64,000 bases of DNA from Babesia bigemina. Its lineage: Eukaryota. The stretch covers positions 1,674,001 to 1,738,000 of the forward strand of contig NC_027217.1 of NCBI RefSeq assembly GCF_000981445.1, read 5' to 3'. The position numbers and the translations under genes were made by a program. Under the pieces are notes generated by a model. That model did not search any database, was not told the origin of the DNA, and saw nothing but the letters and a program-made list of their open reading frames with translations. Shown in pieces: positions 1 to 12,650 of the stretch; within the stretch, counting starts at the first letter, position 1; every line of letters begins with the position of its first letter.

Positions 1-687
1 CGTGTTCTTGCCGCCGATGCAGCGCAGGTTGAGAATCTGCTCGAAGGTGTTGAACGCTGCAAAGGTTATGACGGCCAAAGATGAGAACCCACTCTTGCAA
101 TGCTGGTGGAAGATCTTCGAGGGGCTGGACTCGTAGGCCACCTTCTTGTGCGTGACGTAGAAGTCGGTGACCTTGTAGTACACGTACACGGGACCTGGCA
201 GGTCCTTATCGATGGTAAGCACCATCGGGCGTTGGTAGTCGGTGTACTCGAGCTCCTTGGTGAACGACCTGAGCGAGGAAAATATCAACGCCAGGCCCAG
301 ACCGAGCAGCACCAGGCCGAAGAGGCTGAACACCAAAATCGCGCCGCGAGGGGTGTAGACACGATAGACGTTCAAGTTGGGCGTGAATTCCATCTGACGA
401 TACTTGTCTACGCGCTTGCGGTAGTTGGTTCCCGTGGCCTTCATCGACGGCAGCCAGAGGTACTCCACCTCGGGCTCCGCCATCGTGTCGCCGGTCGAGA
501 ACAGGTTGCTGCCCCGAGGCGACTGCACATTCGGGAGAGTCATGCGCTGCGCCTGCGCGCCGGCGGCGGGCTGCGAGTGCGGGTCGGCGGTGGCATATTT
601 CACGCTCTTCTTGAAAGCCTCGGAGCTAATGTCGGACAAGCGCAGGTCGGCAGAGCCCGCATTGTCCGCCGTCGACCCACGTTCCAT
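1..687 (-). CDS. CDC50/LEM3-family P4-ATPase (flippase) accessory subunit, 5' part (runs off the window edge)
   Basis: Manual minus-strand translation from the ATG at 687: MERGSTAD...KYRQMEF...TM segment AILVFSLFGLVLLGLGLALIF...LPGPVYVYYKVTDFYVTHKK, matching the CDC50 PVYVYYxLxNFYQNHRR motif. Probable 36-nt intron near 58-93. Confidence 0.8.
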   Translation of the reverse strand, partial: MERGSTADNAGSADLRLSDISSEAFKKSVKYATADPHSQPAAGAQAQRMTLPNVQSPRGSNLFSTGDTMAEPEVEYLWLPSMKATGTNYRKRVDKYRQMEFTPNLNVYRVYTPRGAILVFSLFGLVLLGLGLALIFSSLRSFTKELEYTDYQRPMVLTIDKDLPGPVYVYYKVTDFYVTHKKVAYESSPSKIFHQHCKSGFSSLAVITFAAFNTFEQILNLRCIGGKNT

Positions 688-962
688 ATTGCGCACGGTG
701 TCACGCGCTGCCGCTGAGCCCCTCTACGCGTGCCAAGTCAACGCAGCTACAGCGCCGTCATGGGCGAGACACATCCGGTACTGCTCTGAGCTGGACCGGT
801 AAATTTCATCTACGTTTAAAATTCATAAAAAAAGGAGACTGTTGCGCAGCGGGATACCATGCAAACCAAGTGGCGCGCGTCGACACACGCCGCCAAAAGA
901 TCACCCGCCATGTCTTACACACATATACGCTAATACGCTAACACATACAAAGCACGGGTCTA

Positions 963-3900
963 TTAGTTCTCCTCCTCGAACGGGTTCGGAGAGAAAGGAT
1001 CCTGCGGAGAATACTCTGGACTCGTCGGCGAGTACGCCGGACTGGTAGGCGAGTACGCCGGGCTCGTCGGGGAGTAGGCCGGGCTCGTGGGTGAGTAGGC
1101 CGGACTTGTCGGCGAGTACGCGGGGCTCGTGGGCTGGTACACGGGGCTCGTCGGAGAGTAACCGAGGTTCGGACTCGTGGGCGAATACGCGGGACTGGTA
1201 GGCGAGTACGCCGGGCTGGTTGGCGAATACGCTGGACTCGTGGGCGAATACGCGGGACTGGTAGGCGAGTACGCGGGGCTTGTCGGCGAGTAGGCAGGAC
1301 TCGTTGGAGAGTATGCTGGGCTCGTTGGCGAGTAAGCGGGACTCGTCGGAGAGTATGCTGGGCTCGTAGGCGAGTAGGCCGGGCTGGTGGGCGAGTACAC
1401 GGGGCTTGTTGGGGAATAAGCCGGGCTCGCGGGGCTGTACACCGCCGCAGATTGGCCGTACACGGGGCTTGTCGGACTATACACGGGACTAGTCGGCGAG
1501 TACACCGGGCTAGTCGGAGACATCATGCCCATAGTTGGCGATAGGGGGTTCGGCGACAGCGGGTTCGGCGACAGCGGGTTCGGCGACAGCGGGGCGTACC
1601 CGGGACTCGCAGGCGACTGCGGCGACATCACGGTCGGAGAGAAGCTACCTCCGAGAGCCTTGGTGTCAATGGCAGGGGACGCCGCGAACCCGGGCGACGA
1701 CGCGTTGATCACCGGCGACATCATCAGAGCCGCGTACGACGGGCTGAACGGCAGCGGCGACAGCATCGAGTTTATTTTAGCCGGCGACATGGAATCCGGG
1801 CTCGTGGAGTCCGGGCTGGTGAATCCAGACATGGCGGAATCCGGCACGATCTGCAGGTTCTGGTTTGCGTCGCGAAGCTTCTCCTCGTCGATCATGATGT
1901 CGAAACAACCGGTACCCATGGGGCAAAGCTGACCCAGCATGACGTTCTCCGTGACACCCTTGAGGTTGTCCACCTCCGCGTAAACGGCGGCGTCCACCAG
2001 CGCCTCCAGAGTCTCCTCAAAACTACACTTCACCATAGGGCCACGGTCCGCGCGGTTCAGACCGTGGCGCGTGATGGACATAATGTGGCCCTTCTGGGTC
2101 ATCACATCGCACAGCAGCGACAGGTGGCGATAGTTCACGTAGCTACCGTCGAAACTGATGACGGCCCTCAGCTCACGCAGCAGCGCCATACGCGCCGCCT
2201 CGATACCCAACACGTGGAAGATCTCGCTGATGTCGTTCGAAATCGAGCGCTGCGCGTCGACGCAGGGGATCGGCAGCACGTCTTCCAGGTTGCAGCCGTC
2301 GGTATCCAGGACCCACTGGCTCACACGCTCGAACCTACCGTTGGACTCGTTGTACTTGATCTGGGCCTCTTCACGCATATACACCTTAGAAATCTTGGCC
2401 ACGCCACGCAGTTTCACGTTCACCAACACCTGAGACATGAAACGCTGCAGGAACTCGCCCTCGTTCTCGCCCAGGTTCTGCTGGTCGACCTCCATGCTGG
2501 AGTACTTCACGCGGATGCGCAGCACCAGCTCGTCGTTGTTGTCGTCGGTGTTGATGCAGTCGATCTCGTCGTGGCTGAACTCCTGGTAGATGCGGTCCAC
2601 GATCTCCTTCATCGTGAGACGCTTGTCCGTCATCACCTTGTTCGACAGCTGGATGCGCAGCACCCACGGACCCAGGCGGCCCATGTCGTCGTCGGGGAAC
2701 TCGTAGTACTCACGCACCCAGTTGTAGTCCCGCGTCACGATCGTTCGCGACACGTGCGGGTCGTAGATGACCTGCGACATCGCCACCACCTTGTCCAACG
2801 TGGTGTATTCCAGCCGGGTCTGCATGTCCTTCGCGCGCTCCTGGTCGTGGGCGACGCCGCGCTCGAGGTGGATGGTGAGCGACGGCGTCTTGACGTTCCG
2901 CACCACGTTGATAAGCTCTTTGAGGCGGGGCAGACCCAGGGTAACGTTCTTCGAACTCACACCGGCGAAGTGGAAAGTGTTCAGGGTCATCTGCGTGGCG
3001 GGCTCACCGATGGACTGCGCTGCCACAGCGCCCACGCACTCGCCGGGGTGGCAGATCGACTTATAGAATATGCGCTTCACCTCACCCAAAAGCCAGTCGA
3101 GCGCCAGGTTGCCGATCTTCTCCCTCTCCATGAGACGCCGTGAGTGGAGCGCCGTCGAGAGGTGCGCCTTAATGAGGATGGTGGCGTTTTCCTGCGCCTC
3201 GGCAGCCAGAATGTCCTGGGGGCCGCTAGTCACGACAATGGTTAGACCGTCCAGCAGCTGCTGCACGCGCTGGGCAATGTCAACTGGGTTCATCAGTTTG
3301 CGGCTCTCCGGGGTCATGGGGAACTGCGTCTTGGCGTACTCGAGCAGCCTCGAGATGTTGATGGGCAGGTGCTGCCGCGTCTCGCCGTCGGGGAACACCT
3401 GCTTGCACAGGATGGACTTCATGTCGAGCAGACGCTGGTACTCCTCGACCAGCACCACCTGCTGGCTGAAGTCAGTGAGGATGTTGTTGCGGATGGTCTC
3501 ATCCAAAATCCACCCGACGCCGTAGTTCTCGTTCCGGAAGTCGTGCGCGTACAGCCGGTTAAGCTCCGCGAAGTCGAGCTTCATCAGGTCCAGCGTCTGG
3601 TCCTCGATGTACTCCGCGCCCATGCCGTCCTCGCCGTACAGGAACTGCAGAATGTCGCCCACGCCGTTCCGAACGGTCTTGTCGTAGTGCACCATGATGT
3701 CCTCCATGGCCTTCATGAGACGACGCTGGACGTAACCGGTCTCAGAGGTCTTGCACGCAGTGTCGATGATACCCTCACGACCACCCATGGCGTGGAAGAA
3801 CATCTCCTGCGGAGTCAGACCGGACAGGTACGAGTTGGACACGAACCCACGGCTCTCGGGGCCGTAGTCGTGCTGGATGAAGTGCGGGAGAGAACGGTCG

Positions 3901-6278
3901 CGGAAACCGAAGGGGATACGCTTACCCTCCACGTTCTGCTGACCCACACATGCGATGATCTGGGAAATGTTGATGGTGGACCCCTTGGATCCACTGTTCA
4001 CCATGGCCAGGATGTTGTTGCGCTCGTCCAAACTCTTCGCGGCGATGGTACCACTCTGCTCCCTGGCCTCGTTCAGCTCCTTGTTCACACGGGCCTCGAA
4101 CGACTCGAACAGCGACTTACCGGGTTGGCACTTCAGCTTGCCCTTCTGCGACAGGCCCACCAGCCGCTGCACCTCCTTCTTGGACCGGTCCAGAATCTCG
4201 GCCACCTGGGCCAGCGTGGACTCGCTCGCCATGATGTCCGAGCACGACACGGTGAACCCGTTGTGGATCAGCCAGTTGTTCACCACCTTCTGCACGGTCG
4301 ACAGGAAATCCTTGCACCGCTCGGGGCCGGCCTCATGCCACAGCACGTGGATCAGCGACCCTGAGCTCGTGCCCACGGTCTTCTTGCAGATGATGCCAGA
4401 CAGGTGCTCGTTCTTGCTGATGATGACCTTCGAGTCGTTGGCGGAGCAGTACGGGTTGTCGTTCTCAATTGAGGTCCCGGAGTTCCGCATCAGGTTGATG
4501 CACGTCAGCGAGTTCAGCTGGTCGAACGTCAGGATGATCGTGATCACCTGCTTGCCGGTCCACAGCGGAACGGGGTGGAAGATGCACGGCTGCGGCAGCT
4601 TGCCGTCCCAGTACGGGATCCACATCAGCAGGTTCATCAGCATGTCCTTGGTCAAAAAGCAGTCGCGACGCGTGAACTTGCTGATGCCCAGCAGAGAGTC
4701 CTGCACGATACCCATGACTGGACGGTTACCCTGCGGCGAAACGATCTGCTTGGGCACGAGCATGAGGTGCTTCACCTCGGCGCGCGTCTCGTGCGTCTGG
4801 GCGAGGTGCAGATTCATCTCGTCTCCGTCGAAGTCCGCGTTGTACGGCGAGGTGACCGACAGGTTCAGGCGGAACGTGGAGTACGGCAGCACCTTGCAAC
4901 GGTGGCCCATGATACTCATCTTGTGAAGCGATGGCTGGCGGTTGAACAGGATGTAGTCACCGTCCTGTAGATGGCGCTCCACGCGGTAGCCGTACTCCAG
5001 CTGCAGGTCGCTCGCGCGCTTCACGTGGCGCAGGTCAAAACGCGTACCGTCGTCGCGGACGATGAACTTAGCGCCCGGCCACTCGTGCGGGCCCATCTCG
5101 ACCTTGCTGCGCAGGCTCTCGAAGTTGAGCGGCGTCACCGTCTCGCTGAACGTGAGAGTCATGGCAATGGACTTCGGCACGCCGATGATGTCGATGGGCA
5201 GGTTGGGGTCGCCCGTGATGACAGTACGCGCGGAGAAGTCCACACGCTTTCCCATCAGGTTGCCACGCAGACGGCCGTCCTTGCCCTTTAGGCGCGCGCG
5301 GATCGACTTGATGGGCTTCTTCGAGCGCGTCGACGCCACGGGCATGCCCGGTATGTCGTTGTCGAACAATGTGGTGATGTGGTACTGCAGCAGCTGCGAA
5401 ATCTCCTGCAGAATGTGAGGAGCCGTCGCGCGCTCGTCGTGCTTCTTCAGCATGTTGTTCGCCTTCACGATGTCGAGCAGCTTCAGCGTCAGGTCGTCCT
5501 CGCTGCGGTCGCTCCCGTACGCCACGTACGGACGGACGGGAGGCGGCGGCACGGGAAGCACCTGCAGAATCAGCCACGCCGGCTGCGACCGTTCGGGGTT
5601 GAACCCGAGGTACCGCATGTCCTCGTGCGAGATGCCCTTCAGGATCTTGTACGCCTCGTCAGCAGTGAACGTGCGCTTAATCTCCTCGCACTCCTCGTCC
5701 ACCTCCTCCAGCATCTGGCGGTGCTTCTCCGTGAACTGCACCAGCAGGCTGGTGCCCTCCTTGCTGTACCGCGGCTGCGGGTACCCGCAGCCCTTCATCT
5801 TAGACCCCGCCAGCGTCGCGTGCTGGCAACGCGGCGAAGTCGAGCACACTTCCACCAGCCGGTTCAGCCGCAGCGCGGTCGCGCGCAGCTTCATGATCTG
5901 TATCACGCGCGGGTCGTCCTTGGCGCACAGCAGGCTGCTGCAGTTGAAGCACACGCAGCGCAGCACCTTCATCACCGCAGTGATGAAACTCGAGTGGTAC
6001 ATCGCCTTCGACAAGGTGATGTGGCCGAAGTGGCCAGTGCAGTGCTTCAGGTCCATGTAGCACGTCAAACAGTTGTGACGTGCGTCGGTCGTGCCCATCC
6101 GAAGGTCGTTCAGGCCGCCGGTCACCGGAATGCCCTCACGGTAGAATTCCGTCTGCGTCACCTCGCAGACAGAAAGGCGCTTCAGCATCTCCGGGTCGAG
6201 TACACCGAACTCGATCGCGCGGACCTTCTTCAGGTCGCACGGCGAGAACGGCTTGTTGAGCTCCGCGACGGTCGTCAT
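963..6278 (-). CDS. RPB1: DNA-directed RNA polymerase II largest subunit
   Basis: 1771-aa intronless ORF with the catalytic NADFDGD motif, [23 protein letters not shown] and C-terminal YSPTSPx heptads. Confidence 0.99.
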   Translation of the reverse strand: MTTVAELNKPFSPCDLKKVRAIEFGVLDPEMLKRLSVCEVTQTEFYREGIPVTGGLNDLRMGTTDARHNCLTCYMDLKHCTGHFGHITLSKAMYHSSFITAVMKVLRCVCFNCSSLLCAKDDPRVIQIMKLRATALRLNRLVEVCSTSPRCQHATLAGSKMKGCGYPQPRYSKEGTSLLVQFTEKHRQMLEEVDEECEEIKRTFTADEAYKILKGISHEDMRYLGFNPERSQPAWLILQVLPVPPPPVRPYVAYGSDRSEDDLTLKLLDIVKANNMLKKHDERATAPHILQEISQLLQYHITTLFDNDIPGMPVASTRSKKPIKSIRARLKGKDGRLRGNLMGKRVDFSARTVITGDPNLPIDIIGVPKSIAMTLTFSETVTPLNFESLRSKVEMGPHEWPGAKFIVRDDGTRFDLRHVKRASDLQLEYGYRVERHLQDGDYILFNRQPSLHKMSIMGHRCKVLPYSTFRLNLSVTSPYNADFDGDEMNLHLAQTHETRAEVKHLMLVPKQIVSPQGNRPVMGIVQDSLLGISKFTRRDCFLTKDMLMNLLMWIPYWDGKLPQPCIFHPVPLWTGKQVITIILTFDQLNSLTCINLMRNSGTSIENDNPYCSANDSKVIISKNEHLSGIICKKTVGTSSGSLIHVLWHEAGPERCKDFLSTVQKVVNNWLIHNGFTVSCSDIMASESTLAQVAEILDRSKKEVQRLVGLSQKGKLKCQPGKSLFESFEARVNKELNEAREQSGTIAAKSLDERNNILAMVNSGSKGSTINISQIIACVGQQNVEGKRIPFGFRDRSLPHFIQHDYGPESRGFVSNSYLSGLTPQEMFFHAMGGREGIIDTACKTSETGYVQRRLMKAMEDIMVHYDKTVRNGVGDILQFLYGEDGMGAEYIEDQTLDLMKLDFAELNRLYAHDFRNENYGVGWILDETIRNNILTDFSQQVVLVEEYQRLLDMKSILCKQVFPDGETRQHLPINISRLLEYAKTQFPMTPESRKLMNPVDIAQRVQQLLDGLTIVVTSGPQDILAAEAQENATILIKAHLSTALHSRRLMEREKIGNLALDWLLGEVKRIFYKSICHPGECVGAVAAQSIGEPATQMTLNTFHFAGVSSKNVTLGLPRLKELINVVRNVKTPSLTIHLERGVAHDQERAKDMQTRLEYTTLDKVVAMSQVIYDPHVSRTIVTRDYNWVREYYEFPDDDMGRLGPWVLRIQLSNKVMTDKRLTMKEIVDRIYQEFSHDEIDCINTDDNNDELVLRIRVKYSSMEVDQQNLGENEGEFLQRFMSQVLVNVKLRGVAKISKVYMREEAQIKYNESNGRFERVSQWVLDTDGCNLEDVLPIPCVDAQRSISNDISEIFHVLGIEAARMALLRELRAVISFDGSYVNYRHLSLLCDVMTQKGHIMSITRHGLNRADRGPMVKCSFEETLEALVDAAVYAEVDNLKGVTENVMLGQLCPMGTGCFDIMIDEEKLRDANQNLQIVPDSAMSGFTSPDSTSPDSMSPAKINSMLSPLPFSPSYAALMMSPVINASSPGFAASPAIDTKALGGSFSPTVMSPQSPASPGYAPLSPNPLSPNPLSPNPLSPTMGMMSPTSPVYSPTSPVYSPTSPVYGQSAAVYSPASPAYSPTSPVYSPTSPAYSPTSPAYSPTSPAYSPTSPAYSPTSPAYSPTSPAYSPTSPAYSPTSPAYSPTSPAYSPTSPAYSPTSPNLGYSPTSPVYQPTSPAYSPTSPAYSPTSPAYSPTSPAYSPTSPAYSPTSPEYSPQDPFSPNPFEEEN
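990..1595 (-). repeat. RPB1 CTD coding repeats: about 25 YSPTSP[A/V] heptads preceded by PLSPN pentads
   Basis: 21-bp degenerate units and a 15-bp unit (cgggttcggcgacag) seen in the DNA and the translation. Confidence 0.95.
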
Positions 6279-6759
6279 GATGCGCGACGCTCTGCGATAT
6301 TACATAGCTGACACACCGCTCGGCGTGCCCCGATTCGCGTCATCGGCAGGGAGTCTAGGCGGGGGGTCCCTACCGTGGGTCACACCCACGACGACCTCGA
6401 CACATGCTGCGCAGAAACCTGCTGACTTCCCGCTCCGCGCCGATTATATTGACAAGTATTAATTCACTAGGAAACCGTGGGATTCCCCTTCGCCGCGAGC
6501 TAGGCGGCGACGCACTGTCTAAATCGGCCGGGTATCAAGCTCACTAGTCCGGCGGCGCGGATTTAGATCACGCGACGCATATTGCCATTACAGCCACAGC
6601 AAGTCGCTGCACGGGCATCTGGCGGCGAGATCGCCGGAAAACTGCCGAAGGTGGGCATGGTAGCGCGCGAGGGCTGCGGCGCGCACAGATGCAAATTTTA
6701 AAGTTAACAGACCCAGTGAACGACTTGCTTATATGGAAAACGAGATACGGCATGCGTGG

Positions 6760-8042
6760 TCATGCGGGTGAGCTGCTCTCGTTGGCCGGTGCGCGCTCAA
6801 GCGGCGGCGGCGGCGGCATCAGTTCCACCGGCTGCTCGGGGGCCTGGCTGTCCTTGCCGAGCGCCTTGAAAAGGGTGACCGCCTGCGTTATCATCTCGTT
6901 GACATTGCCGACGTTGGCGGGAAGCACCACGGTGGTGGACTGCTTCGCCAGGTTGTCGAACGCAGCGATGTACCGCTCGGCCAGCCGCAGACCGACGGCG
7001 TCCACAGTGCCTGAAAGCCGTGTACTCGACGGGGCTGGAGCGTACCTGTTTCCCGCAGAGTGCTCGTTATCTTCTGCAGGGCGTAAGCAGTGGCGTCGGC
7101 GCGCTCACGCTCGGCTATGGCCTCGCCCTCGGCCTTCAGGATGGACGTCTGCCGCTGCGACACGGCCATGTTGATCTCGCTCTCCTTGTCGCCCTCGCTG
7201 CGCAGAATTGTCGACCGCTTGTAGCGCTCAGCTTCCACCTAGAAACACTGTGACACTAGCGGACGCAGCCCACCTGGCGCTCCATGGCGGCAACGATGTT
7301 CTTCGGCAGCGTTATGTCGCGGATCTCGCAGCGCATGCACACCATGCCCCAGTTGCTCGCAGCGGCGTTTATGGCCTCCACGATCTTCTTGTTCAGGTTG
7401 TCGCGCTCCAGGAACGTCGTGAACAGCGACAGCTTGCCCAGCTCCGACCGCATCGTCGTCTGCGCCATCTGGGTCATGGCGAAGATGGGGTCCTCGATGC
7501 CGTACGACGCGTGGTACGGGTCCACGCACTTCACGTACAGCACGCCGTCGATCTGGAGGATCACCTGAACGCGATGTTGCGGCGACCCGGGAGACGTACA
7601 TTGTCCTTGGTGATGGCCGTCTGGTTGGGCAGCACTATGGCGTCCTCCTTCAGCGAATGCACGTACGATATGCGGTCGATCAGCGGCAGCAGGATGTGCA
7701 CGCCGGCGCCGATGGTGCGGCTGAACTTGCCAAACCTGCACAGCGTTGGAGGTGACGCACCTAGACCCACCTCTCCACGACGTACACCGTCTGCTGAGGC
7801 ACGATCACGAAGCCGAAATGCGACCGCTTCCCGGCCTTCTCGCGCATGTAGTTCACGGTGGTGAGGTGCCTGGCGCCGGCAGGCGACGACGCTGCCTGGG
7901 CGAACGGGGCCCGGGCGACGAGGCGCGGCGTCACGACCAGACTGGAGTAGAAGCGATTAGGTGACCATATTGAACGTCTCAAGGTGTCTCTGCAGTGGTT
8001 CAGCAATACAGTGCCGCTCATAGCTCTGAGGCGCGACGTCAT
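6760..8042 (-). CDS. Stomatin-like SPFH/band-7 protein (STOML2-type, probably mitochondrial), multi-exon
   Basis: Exons give FVIVPQQTVYVVERFGKF, AITKDNV, IDGVLY, AQTTMRSELGKL, EIRDI, MERQ..AERYKRSTILRSEG and AFDNLAK, joined by short GT-AG introns. Start is at 8042 or 8021. Confidence 0.92.
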
Positions 8043-8154
8043 CACGCAAACATAGTGGCAACAAACCGTCGTTGGACGCGCCGGCGGCGGGTATGAACGT
8101 CGCCGCCCACTTATCCAGTACTCTTCACACATCTCAGCGCAACCGCAAGTAAAC

Positions 8155-8750
8155 TTACTCTTCTATCTTCAGGAAGTTGAAATCTGCGTAGAATGCGATC
8201 GCGCAGCTCACAACCTACCGCTTCCCTGCGCCTCGAGCGCCGCGAGGATCTGCTCCAGCAGAAACCCCGAAGCCTGATGCGAAGACGCATTCGGACGATT
8301 GCCGGACTTGCTTTGCGTATGTTCCGCGATGGAAGCGATGTCTGAGCGCCGTTACAGCGGCACGTCGGCGCCACTTACACGTGATGATCCTGGCGTTGGA
8401 TTTACCCACGAGCGCCTCGATGCGGTCGTACACATCCTTCTCTGAGGTCCATGGCAGTGGATGTGTGAGGTGCTAACCATGCTGTTCCATAGACTCCGGG
8501 TCTTTCACCGGGATCCCTGCGACGGTGTGAACTGCCGTTGCAGACACCTACCAGCGGTTTCGAGCAGCGCGGAGAACTGCTGCAGCCGAGAGTCATCGTG
8601 CTCCTTGTCGCTGCCGACCTGCTGGATGTTGTTCAGCACGTCGTCCATGCCGAACGACTCCCGTGCCTCCTGCCGGGAGGCGGCGGGGTTGATGCCGAAG
8701 CACCGCAGCGCGGCACACAACGCGAAAAAAACAATTGCTACGGACTTCAT
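8155..8750 (-). CDS. Small secreted hypothetical protein, 5 exons
   Basis: Signal peptide MKSVAIVFFALCAALRCFG. Four short phase-1 GT-AG introns splice into a continuous frame ending ...LEAQGSDFNFLKIEE*. Confidence 0.7.
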
Positions 8751-9344
8751 TATGCTATTTCACACTAAAGTTGTGGATGTGTACACCGCGGCGAGCGGAC
8801 GCGCCCAGCACAGCGTGCAATGTGGGAGGCTGGAATCACTCTGCAACGACGGGAATGCATACGGCATGAGTCGTGTGCCACACACCAGACGCAACATGTA
8901 CACGTCGTTCAGTGGCACTGCAATCAGCTGTATGAGCGTTTAACGGTGGAATCCACACCGCCGTCTACACGACGTCGGCAGACTGACGCCATCTTCAGCT
9001 CCGGTCAAATAGCGTAATAACCAAGTGACATAATTAGACGATGCCGAGGGTAGCGTTTGCGCATATTAGCGTGATGGGTCACGTAGATTTGCATCGTTTG
9101 AGACCGTAGGCTGCTGTCTTGTACGGACGCTCACCTTACTGCGGACGCTCAGCGCATTCTGGCTGGTGCTCAGGAGGCGCGTCACGGCCTAGCGCGTTGC
9201 TGACGTCACTACATACGATATAGAGCTGTAATGACACTTAGATGGTACATTCTGGCAGAATATTAACCGCTGCGTAGTTTTCAAATTCGGGCTTCTTTCG
9301 GCATGCGCCTTGGTGAAATGGGCCACTCCTGAGGGTACGTTGGC

Positions 9345-10322
9345 TTAAACGCGGCTCTTTTCCAGGGCCTCGCGGCGCGCCTTGGCCAGCGCCTCCTTCT
9401 TGGCCTCGAACTCGACCTGCTTGCGCTGCTTCTCCAGGGTCTCTATCTTCCTGCGCTCGATGGCCTCCAGACGGACGCGCTCGGCCTCGGCCTCGCGGGC
9501 CTTCTTGGCCGCGTTCACACGGGCCTTCTCGGCGGCGACAACCTCGGAGCGCTGTATCTGCGAGTTTATTTTGTTCGTGTTCACGGCCTCCTTCAGCTTC
9601 TGCTTCGTCTCGCGGACAGCACTCGACAGCGCCTCGATCTTGGAAGCGGCGTTCTTCAGACCCTGGCCCTTCACGGTGATGCTCATCTTGCTGATTTCGT
9701 CGACCTTGAACTTGCTGGCGGTCTTCATGACGTACGCGGGCACGGAGGCCTTCGCCTCCCACTGCAGCTTCTTGCCGAGGGCACGCTTGCCCGACTTGCC
9801 CTCGCCGGTGAGGCTGCCGGGGATTTCCACGTGGCCTTCGCTGCTCACGACGCTGCTGGTTTCGCGGCTGTCGTCCATGCCGTCCACCAGCTCCATCGCA
9901 CCAACGTCAACGCCCTCAGCGTTAACGTCCACGCCCTCATCCTCCATCTCGGCAGCAGCGGCAGGGGTCTCCTCGCCCGCTTCCTCCACAGCGTCTGCTT
10001 CGGGTGATTCGACTTCGCCCTCCTCGACCTCATCGGACTCGTGCTCTTTCTCGTCTCCGCAGGTGCAGTAGGCGTCGCATTCGCCCTCCTCATCCGCCTC
10101 CTCGTCGCCGAGCTCAGTCACCTCGTCCGCTTTGAACTCCTCATCGGCCAACTCGCCGTCGCCCTCCTCACTCGCTTCCTCGGCCTGGAAATCCTCGCCA
10201 AACTCACCCTCGTAGTCCTCGGCGCCCAGTTCCTTTTCGAAGGACTCCGAAGCCTCAGCCTCGCCTTCCTCAGAGTACGCCTCGACTTCGACGGGGTAGT
10301 CGTACTCGTTTACGTCGGCCAT
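9345..10322 (-). CDS. Hypothetical protein with a Glu/Asp-rich N-terminus and a basic coiled-coil C-terminus
   Basis: 325-aa ORF with strong GC3 codon bias and an A-rich context before the ATG; no family recognised. Confidence 0.8.
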   Translation of the reverse strand: MADVNEYDYPVEVEAYSEEGEAEASESFEKELGAEDYEGEFGEDFQAEEASEEGDGELADEEFKADEVTELGDEEADEEGECDAYCTCGDEKEHESDEVEEGEVESPEADAVEEAGEETPAAAAEMEDEGVDVNAEGVDVGAMELVDGMDDSRETSSVVSSEGHVEIPGSLTGEGKSGKRALGKKLQWEAKASVPAYVMKTASKFKVDEISKMSITVKGQGLKNAASKIEALSSAVRETKQKLKEAVNTNKINSQIQRSEVVAAEKARVNAAKKAREAEAERVRLEAIERRKIETLEKQRKQVEFEAKKEALAKARREALEKSRV

Positions 10323-11047
10323 TGTTAAAAAGTTAGTTTAAAGTGGCAGTAAGCTTTGAAGACAAAGTGCAAAGCGGTTACAGGTAGATGTGACAACGAG
10401 CAAATTATTGACTGCACGTCACAAGGAAGGAAGCTAAATGGAAATACGTCCGCGAGACGCTTTTCGAGGTTAGGCCAAGACAGCTAGATCTGATCACGAC
10501 GTCGCAGCCGAAAATAATGCGACGTCTTGATGTCACAGATCCGCAGCGAAAACCTTCGTGGCACGGCGGAACGTTTGTCAACGTGTCCAAATCAAACGCA
10601 AGTTCGCACGGCGAGGTATGCCTAGACCTAAGCAAGGCACGGCGTCGTCACCGGCGTGGCAGCCAAAAAATTGATGACGCAAATAGACAGCTGAAGACGT
10701 TTCAAAATAATATGCTATGAGCAGAATGAGTTGGCGACAGACGTTTGTAAGATTTTAGCCGTGTCTCTTAGCGATAATCGGCATTTTAGAGGCCAATCGC
10801 CTCCCGAAGAGCCGGTGTGTAATCGCAGCGCAAACGCGTCCTTCTGCTACACACAATGACGTAAATATACAGCTATGTCAAACGAGATTGTGCACATTGT
10901 ATTGCGCTGCGGAAATAGCTCCACAGTACCCACAACGTTAACCGGGGCGGGAAGCAGCGACGGGAAAGACCGTCGCTGCCGTCGGTTAATAGTTCGCCGT
11001 CGTAGCACTGCAGTGAAAATGCGCCTGTGATAACAAACGTAATTCCA

Positions 11048-11452
11048 ATGGAATCGCAGACAGAAGCCGACGTGGCGGCAGCGCATAATCCCGAGGTCGT
11101 CGACCAGGTTACAACGCCGCTGGTGTTGCTGGCGTATAACGCTCCAGCGGACTACACGCTGTACAATTTTCAGGACATGATAGCCGAGAAAGTCGGGGAG
11201 GTAGGGCAGCTGTCTATCATCGCGCCGTTCCCCTGGCAGGATCGCACGTCTTGCCCATGGAAGATCATCTGTAATGACCGACGTGGCTACGACGCTATGT
11301 TGGCGATGAAGCACGTGTGGCTGAAGAACGAGTCCGGCGGCGACAGCACGTCGGCGATCACCTTTGTTGCCGGCGACCTGGACGACATACCGGACATACC
11401 CTTCAAGGAGGATGAGCAGCTGCTCATGTCTGAACACTGCAACGCCAAGTAG
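11048..11452 (+). CDS. Hypothetical protein (about 135 aa; a short 3' exon to about 11513 is possible)
   Basis: ORF MESQTEAD...EHCNAK with coding-like codon use; possible donor gtaggc at 11449. Confidence 0.55.
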   Translation: MESQTEADVAAAHNPEVVDQVTTPLVLLAYNAPADYTLYNFQDMIAEKVGEVGQLSIIAPFPWQDRTSCPWKIICNDRRGYDAMLAMKHVWLKNESGGDSTSAITFVAGDLDDIPDIPFKEDEQLLMSEHCNAK

Positions 11453-11773
11453 GCTGTTGGATGCGCTCTTATACGGCGCCTCAAGCACTACTGGAGGGTT
11501 GTTGGCGGAATAACGCCTACTCATCAAGGTCAATGCGGCGTCAGTCACGACATCGCGGTGTAGTGTCTAAAACGACATCCGCATCACAATCGCAACTTTA
11601 CACCGTACACATACCAATTACATTGAAGCTTTACACATTTCCTACGTTTTTGCCAGTAGTGGTAGCGTTGTGACTGTTCCAGTTGCCCGGATTGGTGGCG
11701 AGTGTGTAATGGCGTAAGCCGCATATTGCGTTGCGTGGGCTGCACATCGGAATCTGACACTCGGCATCGCATA

Positions 11774-12542
11774 ATGGGTGTGCTTGCGCCGCTGCTGATG
11801 ATCGCTATGGCCGGTACGGCCTGCGGCCGCCGGGACAACTCGCTCACAAGTGTGCTCGTCCGATACATCGCCGAACGCTCCGCATACAAGAAAGGTGACC
11901 AGGAGTACGCGCGCATCACGCAGGCGCCTATGGTGTAAGTTTGGCGGTGCTGTGTACGGCTTCACGGCACGCAGGAAGATGCACCTCCGCAAGGTGTTCC
12001 TGCCGTCAACCATGCACGCGGCGATGAAGGACGACATGGCCGGTAGGTGAAAACATGCCCAACGCTAATGAACACTCAGAGAAACTTGTTGAACGTAAGG
12101 AAACGCAGAACTCACACCAGAGTCATCGAAAATCAGGGGCCGGAGAAGTGGACCGTGACAACGAATTCGCCAGGAAAGAAATCACGGAGTCGCTGGGCGC
12201 CGTTGACGAGCTGGAGCGGCTGGCGGGCGAGCCTGTGAACAAGATGGTGGCGCATAATTTCCATGAGCAAGAGTTCAAGGCCACCTTTGCCGGAGCACAT
12301 CAGAGGCCGCAGAACGTCGCAGGGATCATGCAGGTAGGCAAAGGACATACACACAGCCGCTCATCGGCACTCAGCAATCAACTGGTCTATCGGACTACGC
12401 CGTGCTGCCGGCACGGCCAGTCAACGAAGCCCCTCAACCGTACACCTTGCTGGAGCGTCGTAAGCGGAAGTCATCCGAACTGGTTGACCAAGACGCCGAG
12501 CGTCTACACGTTCCGCTGTTCGCGGTGAGTTGTTCAATATAA
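11774..12542 (+). CDS. Secreted hypothetical protein, multi-exon
   Basis: Signal-like start MGVLAPLLMIAMAGTACG. gtaag/gtagg...cag introns join the exons into one frame ending ...HVPLFAVSCSI*. Confidence 0.6.
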
Positions 12543-12650
12543 TGTCTAAAATTGGTGCAGGAGCGCGGTGATGAGAGGGTCGCAACGGCCTGATGTGCAG
12601 CGGCACCGCACAGGAGATTCCGCGGCGGATTCCCAACGGCAATCGCAATT

